Below, one piece after another: positions 48,014-59,328 of a DNA stretch of 64,000 bases. The stretch is taken from assembly GCF_963921235.1 (NCBI RefSeq), contig NC_086097.1, positions 206,462,001 to 206,526,000 of the forward strand, read 5' to 3'. This stretch comes from Mobula hypostoma. Its lineage: Eukaryota. Under the pieces are notes generated by a model, which did not search any database, was not told where the DNA came from, and saw only the letters and a list, made by a program, of their open reading frames with translations. Made by a program: the position numbers and the translations under genes. The stretch's first letter is position 1, and every line of letters begins with the position of its first letter.

Positions 48014-48633
48014 GAGGGAGGAGAAGATGGCGGCGCGACGCAGCGCGTGTAGCCTCTCCGGTGAAATGATATCGTATTTGTCAAATAGGGGCCGTGCATA
48101 ATTCTGATTTGACGGAGACAACCGTGAGAGCACGGAGGAACATCTGGAGTAACTTCTGAAATGCCCAGTTCGCTGCTGCTGCTACTGTGCGATCGAGAAT
48201 CTCCGGAGGGAAGACCCCAAAACCCTTGGCTTTGCCTGCTGCTGGCGACCGGGGCTGGGGTCGAAGTGTTTGGCAGAGATGGTGCTCGGTGCTCAGTGTT
48301 GGAGTGCTGGTCGGAGCTCGAAGTTTTCGGACGACTCAGAGTCGGACTGTGGTCGGGTATGGCAGGGAGAGTTTTCTTCCTTCTCCCTTCTGCGTGAGAT
48401 GTGGGACTTATCGAGAGACTTTGAACTTTTTTACTGTGCTCACGGCCTGTTCGTCATCAGGTTATGGTATTGCTTGCACTGTTGTAACTATATGCTGTAA
48501 TTATGTGGTTTTTGTCAGTTTTTCCTGTGTTTCTGTGATATCACACCGGAGGAATATTATATCATTTCTTAATACATGCATTACTAAATGACAATAAAAG
48601 AACACTGCGTGTCCTCATAATCTAATCTAATCT
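48014..48633 (+). mobile_element. CpG-rich non-coding retroposon (Rex1/Babar-type tail), copy 2
   Basis: AAGATGGCGGC at 48024-48034; (taatc)n tail; TSD aatg; the uninterrupted host junction tacaatgtgtatccttgg is visible at ~26815-26832. Confidence 0.85.
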
Positions 48634-49011
48634 AATGCGTATCCTTGGGCATTAAGCTCCCAGCTATAATCTTTCAGCCATGATTCAGTGAGGCCCACAA
48701 TATCGTACATGTCAATCTGTGGCTGGGCTACAAGTTCATCTACCTTATTCCACATACTGCACGCATTCAAATAAAACACCTTCAGTCTTGTATTAACCCA
48801 ATTCGATTTTGTCCATTTTATGTTGAAACTCATCCTCTTGATTGCAATCTTGCCCTATCAACAGCCTCTCCTCACTACACATTGCTTCTGTTTGTAAACC
48901 AGCCACATCACCTTCAGTTTTATCAGTCAATTTCCCATTCCCCTGCCAAGTGTATGCTAGATAGTTGGTACAATAATTCTGCAGCCTGGACCATTCTGGA
49001 GAACTAAATCA

Positions 49012-49202
49012 GAAACACAGAAAATTCTACAGATGCTGGAAATCCTGAGTAACACATACAAGATATCAGAGGAATTCAGCAGGTTAGGCAGAGTCTATTA
49101 AACAGTTAACATTTTTGGCAGAAGTATCAACTGTTTATTCATTTTCATATATGCTGCCTAAACTGCTGAGTTCCTCCAACATTTTGGATGTGTTACTCTG
49201 GA
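49012..49202. mobile_element. Degenerate Penelope-derived palindrome
   Basis: agatgctggaaatcc...ggaattcagcagg / ctgctgagttcctccaacatttt inverted arms. Confidence 0.7.
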
Positions 49203-49454
49203 AGCGCACTGCGGTATCTTGCAAAACAGATTAATTGTTTCTGGTTTTCCAGCACAAGTTCACTGCCTTGAAGCCTTACATCTTGCCACTACTTTTATGG
49301 AAAACTGGTGCAAAAAGCAGGGAGAAAAGAAGGAGAAAAGAGGGGGAGAGATGCCTATTCCAATGCTCCCTATTTTCTAATTAACCTGCTGCTGTTTGCC
49401 CTAACTGTGCTGAGAAACTTACATGGAAGCAGTATTGAAAACCTCTTTCTGATT

Positions 49455-50188
49455 TAAGATGGCACTGGAGAAACACAGTGACACCTTACCTGCAGCAGAC
49501 AAAACTACTATTAATTACACTTTTTCTGGAAAAAGATTACTTCAACCTGTAACTTCCCTTTCAGTTTAGCTTTTGAACCGCTTGTATAAACCCTGGTATT
49601 TTTGCAGTGTGAACTGAAGTCTCAAAGGTGCAGGATATTTGCGGCATGACACTTACGGACCAAACTAAGGTGGCGAGTTTGAGCCTGAGAGTGAGGAACA
49701 AGCCCGTGTTTGACCAGTTTAGGTGTTGGGCCAGATTGGGTACTGGCCGAATCGAGGCAGTGGAGCCCGGGCCCAAGAATGTATCAACATTGCAGGGCTT
49801 GGGTCTGAGAGCGAGGAACAAACCGATGTCTGGTCAATTTAAGTGCTGGCCAAAATGAAAAGGTTAGGGTGTCGGGACTGGAAGCAAGGGATGGTTCGGT
49901 GTTCTGCTCAATGCTTGGTAGGGTTTACTCATCTCTGTGCTGAACTGAGGCTAAGGCCTCAGCTGTATGGTTTGGTTGTAGTGTTGACTGGCTTTGTGGC
50001 TGTGAACTCACTTTTGTGAACTTCAGTTCTGAATGTTATTTGCCTGCTTCTTGTTGTTTGCACAATTTGTTCTTTTTTCCTGCACAATGTTCTTTTTTAA
50101 TGAGTTTTATTGGGCCTCTTTGCTTTGCAATCTCAAGGTTGTATAAGGCATATACACTTAGATAACAATGAACTTTGAACTTTGAACA
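49455..50188 (+). mobile_element. Non-coding retroposon with AAGATGGC leader, internal ~120-bp-period duplication and Rex1/Babar-type tail
   Basis: aagatggcactggag start; repeat units at 49681-49738 and 49801-49857; tail aatctcaaggttgtata...(gaacttt)n. Confidence 0.65.
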
Positions 50189-51729
50189 TGGTACTACATA
50201 GAAACATAAAGGAATCACTCTTGCATCATCCATTGGAGCTTTACTTCATTTGCTTTGTCTGGTGTAGTCGTACTCCATTAGTGTTTCAGATCTGATGGAA
50301 GACTACTGACTTTCAGTGGAGATATTTGGAGGTTGTTTTAGAGAATGATTCTAAGTAGATAAAATCTTGGCTTTGGACTACACCTCCTTGGAATGAATGG
50401 CATTAGATTAGACTGTCTGGCTCACAACCAGCGGCAAGGTCATGGGTGTTTGGGAATGGTGGGTTCATGAACCTTATAATTCTGAAAGTGGACAACAGAT
50501 TCTGGAACCATTGCTACTCTCCAGGAGCAATGCTTCAACAATCCAAGGGAGGAGAAATTGCATACTTCCCTACATGCTTCATTGACCACTGATATTCACA
50601 GCCAGCTTTTTTGTACAGACTTTTGCTGTGGCGCCAACTATCGGGTAGCTTCTGGCACTGCTGTAATAAAAGTTGAACCACATCCATCAGATGCTGCATA
50701 TGCTTGCACCACACCAGTGCTAATTAAATTCCCCCTACTTTGCAGAATGAAGAATCATTGAATCATTTATTGTATTCTTTACGCTCATTGTGTTTATCTT
50801 GTGCTCTATCGTATCTGGAGTAATTATCATTTTGTTCTTCTCTACACTCATGTACCAAAGAAGGACAATAAAAGATCTTGAATCTTGAATCTTGAATTGT
50901 GATAGTAGACAAGAAACCCATTCAACCATTTACGGCTGTGCCAGGACTTTCATTCTGCAATGGAATGGCTCTGTGCCTGGGAAAAATGCACTTCTAGGTT
51001 GCATGGATTTCTCTGTGGTCCTTAACTCTGTACACGGCCATTTCAGTAAATATGTACCAATCATTTCATTATGCATATCTCAATCATCCTTTCCTGGCCT
51101 TCTCAATGTCTTGATCTTGGAGTAGAATAGGGTGTGGCATTGCCTTCTGGGGATGTGGCACTTGTTCTGCTCCTTCCACCTGATCTTGCTATAGTTCACC
51201 TCATGCCCCTTAGATCACAATGTTAACACATGCCTCTTTACGGCCGTGCAGTACTGAGGGAATGCTGCACTCCTGGATCCACTTCTTTTTGCATGAAATG
51301 TTCAAGTATGCCTCCAACTTGTTTCTCAGAGACGGAGCCTACTAGCACAGGCTCACCATATCTGCTACTGGCCACTTACGGAAGTGGGCACTCACTGATG
51401 ACATCAGTCGATGGACAGTACATTTAAAGCTGGTAGAATTCTCCAGATTGAGTAAAGCATATGAAGTTGGCCTGCTGCCTGTAATGGAATGGCTTAATCA
51501 TGCGTTGTATGTCTTGCACTTATCAGGAGTATCCAAATTAATCTCCTCTTGAGATCCTAGTCTGAGTTGAAGTACTTTACATGAATCACAGTTTTTGTAG
51601 TCACTGTAGCCTAGACATTCTGTGTAAGAGAAATTATATCTGTTAGGTCCTTCCTAATTACTATCAAATGACTTGTTCTAAATATGAAGCTGCACAGAGT
51701 TGAAATCGAGAGTCCAGGACACCTTTAAG

Positions 51730-52066
51730 GAGTGATGACTCAAAAAGATGGAATCCATCACTAAGGACACCCACCACCAAGGTCATGCCTTGTTTTCATT
51801 GCTACCGCCAGGAAGAAGGTACAGAAGTCTGAAAGTACTCACTCAATGATTCTCCCTTGCCATCAGATCTCTAAATTGACATTGTACCCAAGAACACCAT
51901 CTCACTACTTTTTTATTTCTATTTTTGCACTATTTAACTATTTAATATACACATGTATACTTCCTGTAATTCCGTTTTTACTCTATTATTATGTATTGCA
52001 TTGTACTGGTGCTGTAAAGTCAACAAAATTCATGACATAGGCCAGTGATATTAAACCTGATTCTGA
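51730..52066 (+). mobile_element. Rex1/Babar 3' end
   Basis: SITKDTHHQGHALFSLLPPGRRYRSLK; tail aaattcatgacataggccagtgatattaaacctgattctga. Confidence 0.8.
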
Positions 52067-52514
52067 AATAAGGATGTCACCAATGACCAGACAGGTAGTA
52101 CTCATTGTAGAAGCTCATAATGATTAATGGTTAACTTGGTGAGGTACTAGCAATGAATGCTTGTGGAACTGGGCACAAAATCACCCATGTCTTTCGGGTT
52201 TCAGAATGTGGAGATAATATGTTAATTTATTTTCCTGAAGATCTAGTTGTAGCTGCAGTCATATAAAAACAAAACAGAGGGGAAAATCAGAAATATAAAA
52301 GTGGATAAGCCATATAGCACATGTAGAATACAGATTTGACATAAGAGACAAATAAGGGACATAAAGCGGACTGAACATAATTACGGTCCTGGTGTAAAGA
52401 GGTACTCGATATGAATGGTGCAGATATGAGGACAAATCTGATTTCATAATCAGAATACAAATCAATGCTTCAGTCCAAAGCCAAAAAGGTTTTTTGCACC
52501 TTAGGGGTTCCTGA

Positions 52515-53155
52515 TGCAGATACCTGGTGTAGATGGGGTGATTGCTTTGTCGTGCGCCGTTGTTCCATCCACTGTAATAGCCAGGATCTCCTGGTGGCCA
52601 GCCATTTTAATTCCACTTCTCATTCCCACACTGAATTGTCTATCCATGATCATCATTTCTATTGTCACATTGAGACTAGACACAGATTGGAGGACCAAGA
52701 CATTTTATTCTGTCTTGGAGTTGTCCCCAACCTGAAGGCATCAACATCAAATTCTCTAACTTCCTTTAACCATTCCCAATTGTTCCCCACTTTGTTTTCC
52801 CTTATCCCACTGCCCCCTTTAACCCCTCTCTTTGTCCAACTCCATCCTCACAGAACCTGCCTATCACATTCACCCTCTTATGGTTCCCCATCTTCTTCCC
52901 TTTGTTCCATGGTCTACTGCTCTCTCCTATAGGGTTCTTTCTTCTTCTCCAGCCCTCTGCCTCTTCCACCAGTCACCTTCCAGCTTCTCCTATCATTCCC
53001 CTTTTCTCCCCAATTCCCATATTCCTACCACTTCCCTGAATCCACCTATCAATTGCCAGCCCATGCATCTCCCTCTCCATCCACTCTTTTACTCTGACTT
53101 CTGCCTGCTTTCTTTCCAATCCAAGATGAAAGGGCTCAGCCTGAAAAATAACTGT
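52515..53155 (+). mobile_element. Penelope-like element 3' fragment (GIY-YIG endonuclease C-terminus, pyrimidine-rich spacer, degenerate hammerhead-like motif)
   Basis: QDLLVASHFNSTSHSHTELSIH...RHRLEDQDILFCLG; gatgaaagggctcagcctgaaa at ~53125-53146. Confidence 0.8.
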
Positions 53156-53379
53156 GCTGCTGCTGCAGAAGCATAATTTTCATGGCTCTTACACCCTTTG
53201 TATGATAAACTTGAACTCAAACTTGATACCTTGGGAACATTTTGTGTGTCTAACACAGGCAACATGGAGATAAAGAAAATTCCAACCAAACTAAACTAAG
53301 ATTGGAACAATTGGTTTTACTCACTTATTACCTCATATTAACTAAGCTAGATAAGTGTGTTGCTTTCTTGAACTCCGCA

Positions 53380-53645
53380 TTCTTTAGGAAAATGCAGGTC
53401 AGGTAGCAGCCATGGAAACTGAAAAAGGTTTAAAGCTTCAGGATAAATATCCTTTGTCAAAACTAGGAAGAAGAAAAGAACAAGCTAGTTTTCCCCTGTT
53501 TTCCTTCTTTTCCTCTTTGAATGAAAGGTCTTCAACCTGAAACAATCACCCTGTTTCTCTCACCACAGATGTTGCTCAGTTGCTGTTTGCTTCTGACATT
53601 TTCTGTATTTTGTATCAGATTTCCAACATCTTCAGATGTCTTTAT
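53380..53645. mobile_element. Old Penelope-derived palindrome
   Basis: atgaaaggtcttcaacctgaaac core followed by acagatgttgct...agatttccaacatcttcaga arm. Confidence 0.55.
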
Positions 53646-54002
53646 ATTTCTTCCTATCATTGCTGTTGAATGAAGACTTTCAGAATTTAAATCTAGTGAT
53701 GATAAAGGACAAGTCAGGATGCTATGTGACTTGGAGGAGTACCTGTAGGTGGTGATGTTGTCCTGTGTCTGAGGCCCTTGTTATTAAGGATGGTAGAGGC
53801 CATGGGTTTGGCAAATACTATTTGATGTCAAGAAATTCTTGAAGAGTTACTACAGTACATTTTGCAGAATGTACACCCTGCAGCCACTGTACGCTAGTCA
53901 CGGAGGGAATAAATATTTCAGAGAGTGGTTGCCAGCAAATTCAAGTGCTGGAACTGGGGATTATCCCATGAGATTTTTAACTATTTTCCTTTGTAGATTC
54001 AA

Positions 54003-56058
54003 TCATGGAGTCATAAAAAAGTACAGCACAGAAGCAAGCCCTTTGGCCCATCTAGTCCATGCTAAACCATTTAAACTGCCACATCCATGTACCTGCACTG
54101 AGACCATAGCCCTCCATACCACTACCATCAAGGTACTGATCCAGACTCCTCTTAAACATTGAAATCGAGCTCACATGCAACACTTGTGCTGGCAGCTCAA
54201 TCCATACTCTCATGGTCCTCTGAGTGAAGTAGTTTCCCTCATCTTCCCCTTAAACTTTTCACCTTTCACCCTTAATCCATGATGTTTAGTTTTCTCAATA
54301 CATTGGTCTATCAGGGCCATTGTGCCAAAAGCTTTCTTTATGACCCTATCTACATATGATGCCACCTTCAGTGAATTACAGATCCGTATTCCCAGATCCC
54401 TTTGTTCTACCACAATCCTCTGTGCCCTACAGTTCACTGTGTAAGACCTACTCCAGTTAGTCCTACCAAAGTGCATCATCTTGTACTTGTCTGCATTAAA
54501 TGTCATTTGCCATTTTTCAGCCCATTTTTCCAGCTGGTCCTGATCCTGCTTCAACCTCTGATAGTCTTCCTTGTTGTCCACTACACCCCCAATATTTGTG
54601 TCATCTGCAAATTTGTTGATCCAATTAACCACATTATCATCCAGATCATTGATAAAGATGACATTCAACAGTGGACCCAGCACCGATCTCTGCGACACTC
54701 CACTAGTCAGAAAGGCAACTATCTACTACCACTCTCTGGCTTCTTCCACCAAGCCAATGTCTAATCCAATTTACTACCTCATCTTGAATGCCGAGCAACT
54801 GAACCTTCTTGACCAACCTCCCTTGTGGGACCTTGTCAAATGCCTTGCTGAAGTCCATGTGAACAACATCCACTGCCTTGCCTTCATCAAATTTCCTGGT
54901 AACTTCCTCAAAAAGCCCCATACGATTGGTTAGACACAACCTACCATGCACAAAGCCATGTTGACTATCCTTAATCAGTCCACGTCTATCCAAATACTCA
55001 TATATCTGGTTCCTTGGAATACCTTCCAATAACTTGACCATTACTGGTGTCAGGCTCACCACCCTATAATTTCCTGGTTTATTTTTAGAGCCTTTCTTAA
55101 ACAGTGGAGCAATTTAGCTGTCCTCTAATTCTCTAGCATCTCTCCTGTTGCTAAAGATGACTTAAGTATACCTGCTAGACCCTTGCAGTTCTGCACTTGC
55201 CTCCCACTGGGTCCAAGGGAACACCTTGTCAGGCCCTAGTGATTTATCCACCCTAATTTACCTCATGGCTACAAACACCTCCTCCTCTGTAATTTGTATA
55301 GGCTCCATGAAGTTGATGCTGCTTTTCCTTTCTATTGACTCCGCATCTCTCTCCCAAGTAAATACAAATACAAAAAAATCCATTTAAGATTTCCACTATC
55401 TCTTTTGGCACCATGAATAGACCAATTTTTTTCCCCCTTGCAATCCTTTTGGCCTTAACATATCTGTAGAATCCCCTAGGATTCTTCTTTACCTTGTCTG
55501 CTGTTGCAACCTCATGCCTTCTTTGAGCCCTCCTGACTTCTTTCTTAAGTGTTCTCTTGCATTTCTTACACTCCATTAGTACCTCATTTGTTCCTATCTG
55601 GCTATTCCTGCTAAGCCCCTCCTTTCTTTTTCTTAACCAGGGCCCCAATATCTCTTGAAAACCAAGGTTGCCTAAACCTGTTACCTTTACCTTCTATTCG
55701 GACAAGCACATACAAACTTTGTACTGTCAACATTTTACTCTTGAAGACCTCCCACTTCCCAAGTACACCTTTGCCAGAAAACAGCCTGTCCCAGTCCACA
55801 CTTACTAGATCCTTTCTGATACCATCAAAATTGGCCTTTTGTCAAATTCAGAATCTCAAGCTGCAGACCAGACCTATCTTTTTGCATATTTACTTTGAAA
55901 CTGATAGCATTGTGATCACTAAATGCAAACTGTTCCCCTATAAAAACTTCTCTCACCTTTCTCGTTCCCTCCTGGCAGATTAAGTATCGCACACCCTCTC
56001 ATTGGGACTTCTACGTACTGATTAAGGAAACTTTCCTGAACATATTTGACATACTCTG
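54003..56058 (-). mobile_element. CR1 LINE (APE end, RT, 3' UTR) with deletions
   Basis: SQHGFVHGR, MDFSKAFDKVP, SVLGPLL..IFINDLD, FADDT. Confidence 0.92.
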
Positions 56059-56866
56059 TCAATGGTGTGAAGGCTTTGAGAATTCTGAAGGTGAGACATA
56101 AAATAACTATGGGGCATCTTTCACCCACTCTCACTGAATGATATATTTGGAGTCATAGAGTCATATCATTCAACACAGAAATGGGGTCTTTGGTCCAAGT
56201 GATCCACAATGACCAAGATTCACATCTGTTTACCTGCATTTGGCCTCTATCCCTGTTGGTTAACATTTGGTTAAACGCAGCAACTGAATAAGAGGAACAG
56301 TTACTTATTTTTTATTCAGCAATGCAGTAACAAGTTTAGCAATTGCCATTGCTGGAACACAGGTTAATAATTTCACCACCCTACTCCACCAATTATCCTG
56401 CTTTAGCTCCTCAATGCTAAACTGTTGTTATTCAATGTTAATCTTAGCAGGGATATTACTTTATCTGCTGGTGGCCATCTTCATTTGTGGGAACATTATT
56501 CAAAATAAAAGCATATAATCATTATTGAAAGACATTTCTTGCATTATGGTGGTCAACCTCTTCATAAGAGAATGTGTAACATTTTTATAGCTGAGCTTCA
56601 ACGGAGAAAAAAACTTTAAGTGTACATTTTCAAAGAGCACGAACAATAAAAAGCTGTTATGTGGCCTATTATTCAACCTTATTAAACTTGACTGTGGAGC
56701 TTATGGGTAGAAGTACCTTACTCCTTCTCTCTGCTTAATATGTGAATGTATCACAATCGGAAAAGCAAGAGTAATAACATGTCTGTATATTTAAGGTTCT
56801 CCATAGGAACAAACCTGTCTTTTACTGTGTAGAGCAAAATTATTTTTGAACTTTTCAAACACTTAC

Positions 56867-56921
56867 CCCTGGATCCTTTAGAACGAGTGCGTAGTCTCTT
56901 TTCCTCAATGTCTGAGTCCAT
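56867..56921 (-). CDS. ST18: ST18 first coding exon (55 nt, begins at ATG): MDSDIEEKRLRTRSKGSR(V)
   Basis: Acceptor tctcattctatgtacag|ATG and donor AGGG|gtaagt. RTRSKG is the recalled MYT1/MYT1L/ST18 N-terminal motif; phase 1 matches exon 36675-36645. Confidence 0.92.
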
Positions 56922-58649
56922 CTGTACATAGAATGAGATATTAGTGCCAATCATTGCCACTAATTTCTGGCACTTATCTTACCTTAAAAAATAGTAAATA
57001 AAACAAAGCCTTTTGCATTCTTATCCATTGTTTCCATCATGCCTATCAGCGTCATTGCTGGATGAAGGTCATTTTTTAATTTTGCATTCTCAGAAAGGAA
57101 GTGAGTGAACAGGATGTACTGTTACCTTAGTTTAAATGGGAAACATTACTCTTTTATCTAATGTTGTGTTGTGATTGAAAGTAGTGACCTGTATTAGATT
57201 TATAATAGGGGAGCAGGTGTGGCTATGATGGACCTTAATTTCCTTTAATAAACCTTTTGTGCACTGCACTCATATGGCAATACGATGCTCTCTGAGGCCC
57301 TGCGCATAATAGGTTCATTACTTTTGATTACTACGGTCTATTGAGAGAAAGAACTCACCAACACACTACATTATATGCTGTTAAACCAATATATGTATGC
57401 CATTTATTTATTTTCTTTCACTAGTTCATGTGTGGCACTTAAAGTGATTTTAGCAACTGGCCTTCATAAATTAAAAAGATACAACCGGTCCAGGTAAAAA
57501 TAGCACATGTGATCTGTTTTCTTACCACTTCAATCGCACAAGTTATTCCACATTTGATTTGACTATATACAACAAAAGTACATCTTTAATATCACAGAAT
57601 AGAGCATGGTGGTAAATAGACCAAGGAGTAGAATTGTAATATGTCAGTGAAAAATAAATCACACCCAACTGATCGGACCAAGCTTTCTATTTTAGTAGCT
57701 CTTCTACAAAATCACTTTTATTCTAAATTGATAAAAATTCTTAGATAGAAATATATTTTGAACTAAACTAATTTCTGCAATGTATTAAAAGTGTGCATAA
57801 TATGGATATAATCACTAAAGGATAAAATTGCTCTGCAATATACAGCAATAAAATACATAATTTATGGGTTTTATTTAAAAAAACAAATCTGGCCAGCATT
57901 AATTATAAAAAAAATGTGAATAGGACAGTGTCTTTCTACTGTTTACAATTTCTTGCACCAACTTCTGTTGGCTCTGTCAGGATCTTCCATGAGTCACAAA
58001 ACTTTTCCCTAACACCCTGTTTTTCTCCAGCTAGCAAAAGTCATAATTTTATAATATAAGCAGTTTCTAGGTTGTGTAAGAGTTCCATTCCTGAGACTGC
58101 CCATAAGATGATTTCTCTATAGCGCAGAAACACCCATTTTCTGTAACTATCCATAGTTTATCACTTCTGCATACAAGAGTTCTAATTCTTATATTTCACT
58201 GAATAATCACTCTAACGCCATCAATAATTAAATTAATAGAATGCATACTGAATCCATTCATTAACCAATACCATTACACCTTTATTATTACTAGCTTGAA
58301 AATGTTCTAAGAATTATGAGAATTGACTTGAAAGTTGGATTTCTCTAATTCATAACCTTGTGTCCCTATACTGGGTTATTAATAGACCACATTGAAACAT
58401 CACATACCATGAAGGAATCCTGATTTTAAAAAAATAATGTAATGGAGAAATAGGTAAGATCTTACATATGATGTAATTAGCTTGCAATAACACACTTGAT
58501 ATATGGGACTCTTTAGATTAAGATCGGATAATCTGATAGTTTGATGACATATCTTGCCCTTTGACATTAATCACACAGTTAATCTGCCAAAGATTTGTAA
58601 TCAAGAAATTATTGTTTCTTTTCATATATTATTAGAAACAAATACAATA

Positions 58650-58890
58650 TTTTAGAATTAGAAATAGAATTGGTTTATTATTGTCAAATGTACTAAGATA
58701 CAGTGAGAAGCTTGTCTTACATATCATTGAGATCAAATCATTATATACTGCATTGTGGTAGCACAAGGTAAGACAATAACAGAATGCAGAATAAAGTGCA
58801 ACAGCCATGGATAAATTGGAGTGCAGGTCGTCATTAAGGTGAAAGGTCATAATAAGGAAGATTGTGAGACCAAGAGCCCATCTTATCATA
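58650..58890 (-). mobile_element. Rex1/Babar-type 3' tail
   Basis: agaattggtttattattgtcaaatgtac...gaagcttgtcttacata is the reverse complement of an aataaac-terminated LINE tail. Confidence 0.55.
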
Positions 58891-59231
58891 ATCTTAACTT
58901 TCTTAACTTACTTTAAATTTCTTAACTTAGCCTTTATGTAATATTCACCTGTACAATACTTTAAATAATATTTATTTCAAACATTTAACTCCTCTCTTAA
59001 ATTAACAGATAGAGCATAGGTGTTGTCACTATACAGATCTCAAAACATAGAAATGAATGAATTGTGAATAAAACAAATAACTGATCTTAAACATGTGGTA
59101 CAACAAATTGTAAAGAAGTCTCAGTTTGAAGGAAGTGTACTTTCAATCCTAGTTCAAAGGTGAAGCCAGGGTATTCTTGTGTTAATGACAATACATGCAA
59201 CTGTAATTTCTGTGAGGATATTAACACTTAC

Positions 59232-59328
59232 CTTTCCTAGTTGCCTGTTGTAGTTTTCTGATGCTTCACAGTTTTTATTATATTTATGTAACCTATTTAT
59301 TTTAGCAGGTAGTCTTGAAATTCATTCC
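59232..59328 (-). other. ST18: Probable ST18 5'UTR exon (97 nt) containing a 7-codon uORF
   Basis: Acceptor tattcgtatttttcgtattgcag|G, consensus donor AAG|gtaagt; ATG AAT TTC AAG ACT ACC TGC TAA at 59325-59302. Splice signals only, no transcript evidence. Confidence 0.55.

Larger units (their letters stand above)
43298..48950 (-). mobile_element. CR1 LINE (APE-RT-3' UTR) hosting two nested insertions
   Basis: 3' UTR/RT at 43298-44656, resuming at ~46783 through APE (SDHNMIEF, YLNACSMWNKVDEL); resembles the copy at 23878-26844. Confidence 0.88.

Noticed and set aside
49484..49505. Minus-strand ttttgtctgctgcAG|GTAAGG recursive-splice-like motif
   Set aside because: It sits inside a dispersed repeat with a short pyrimidine tract; likely chance.
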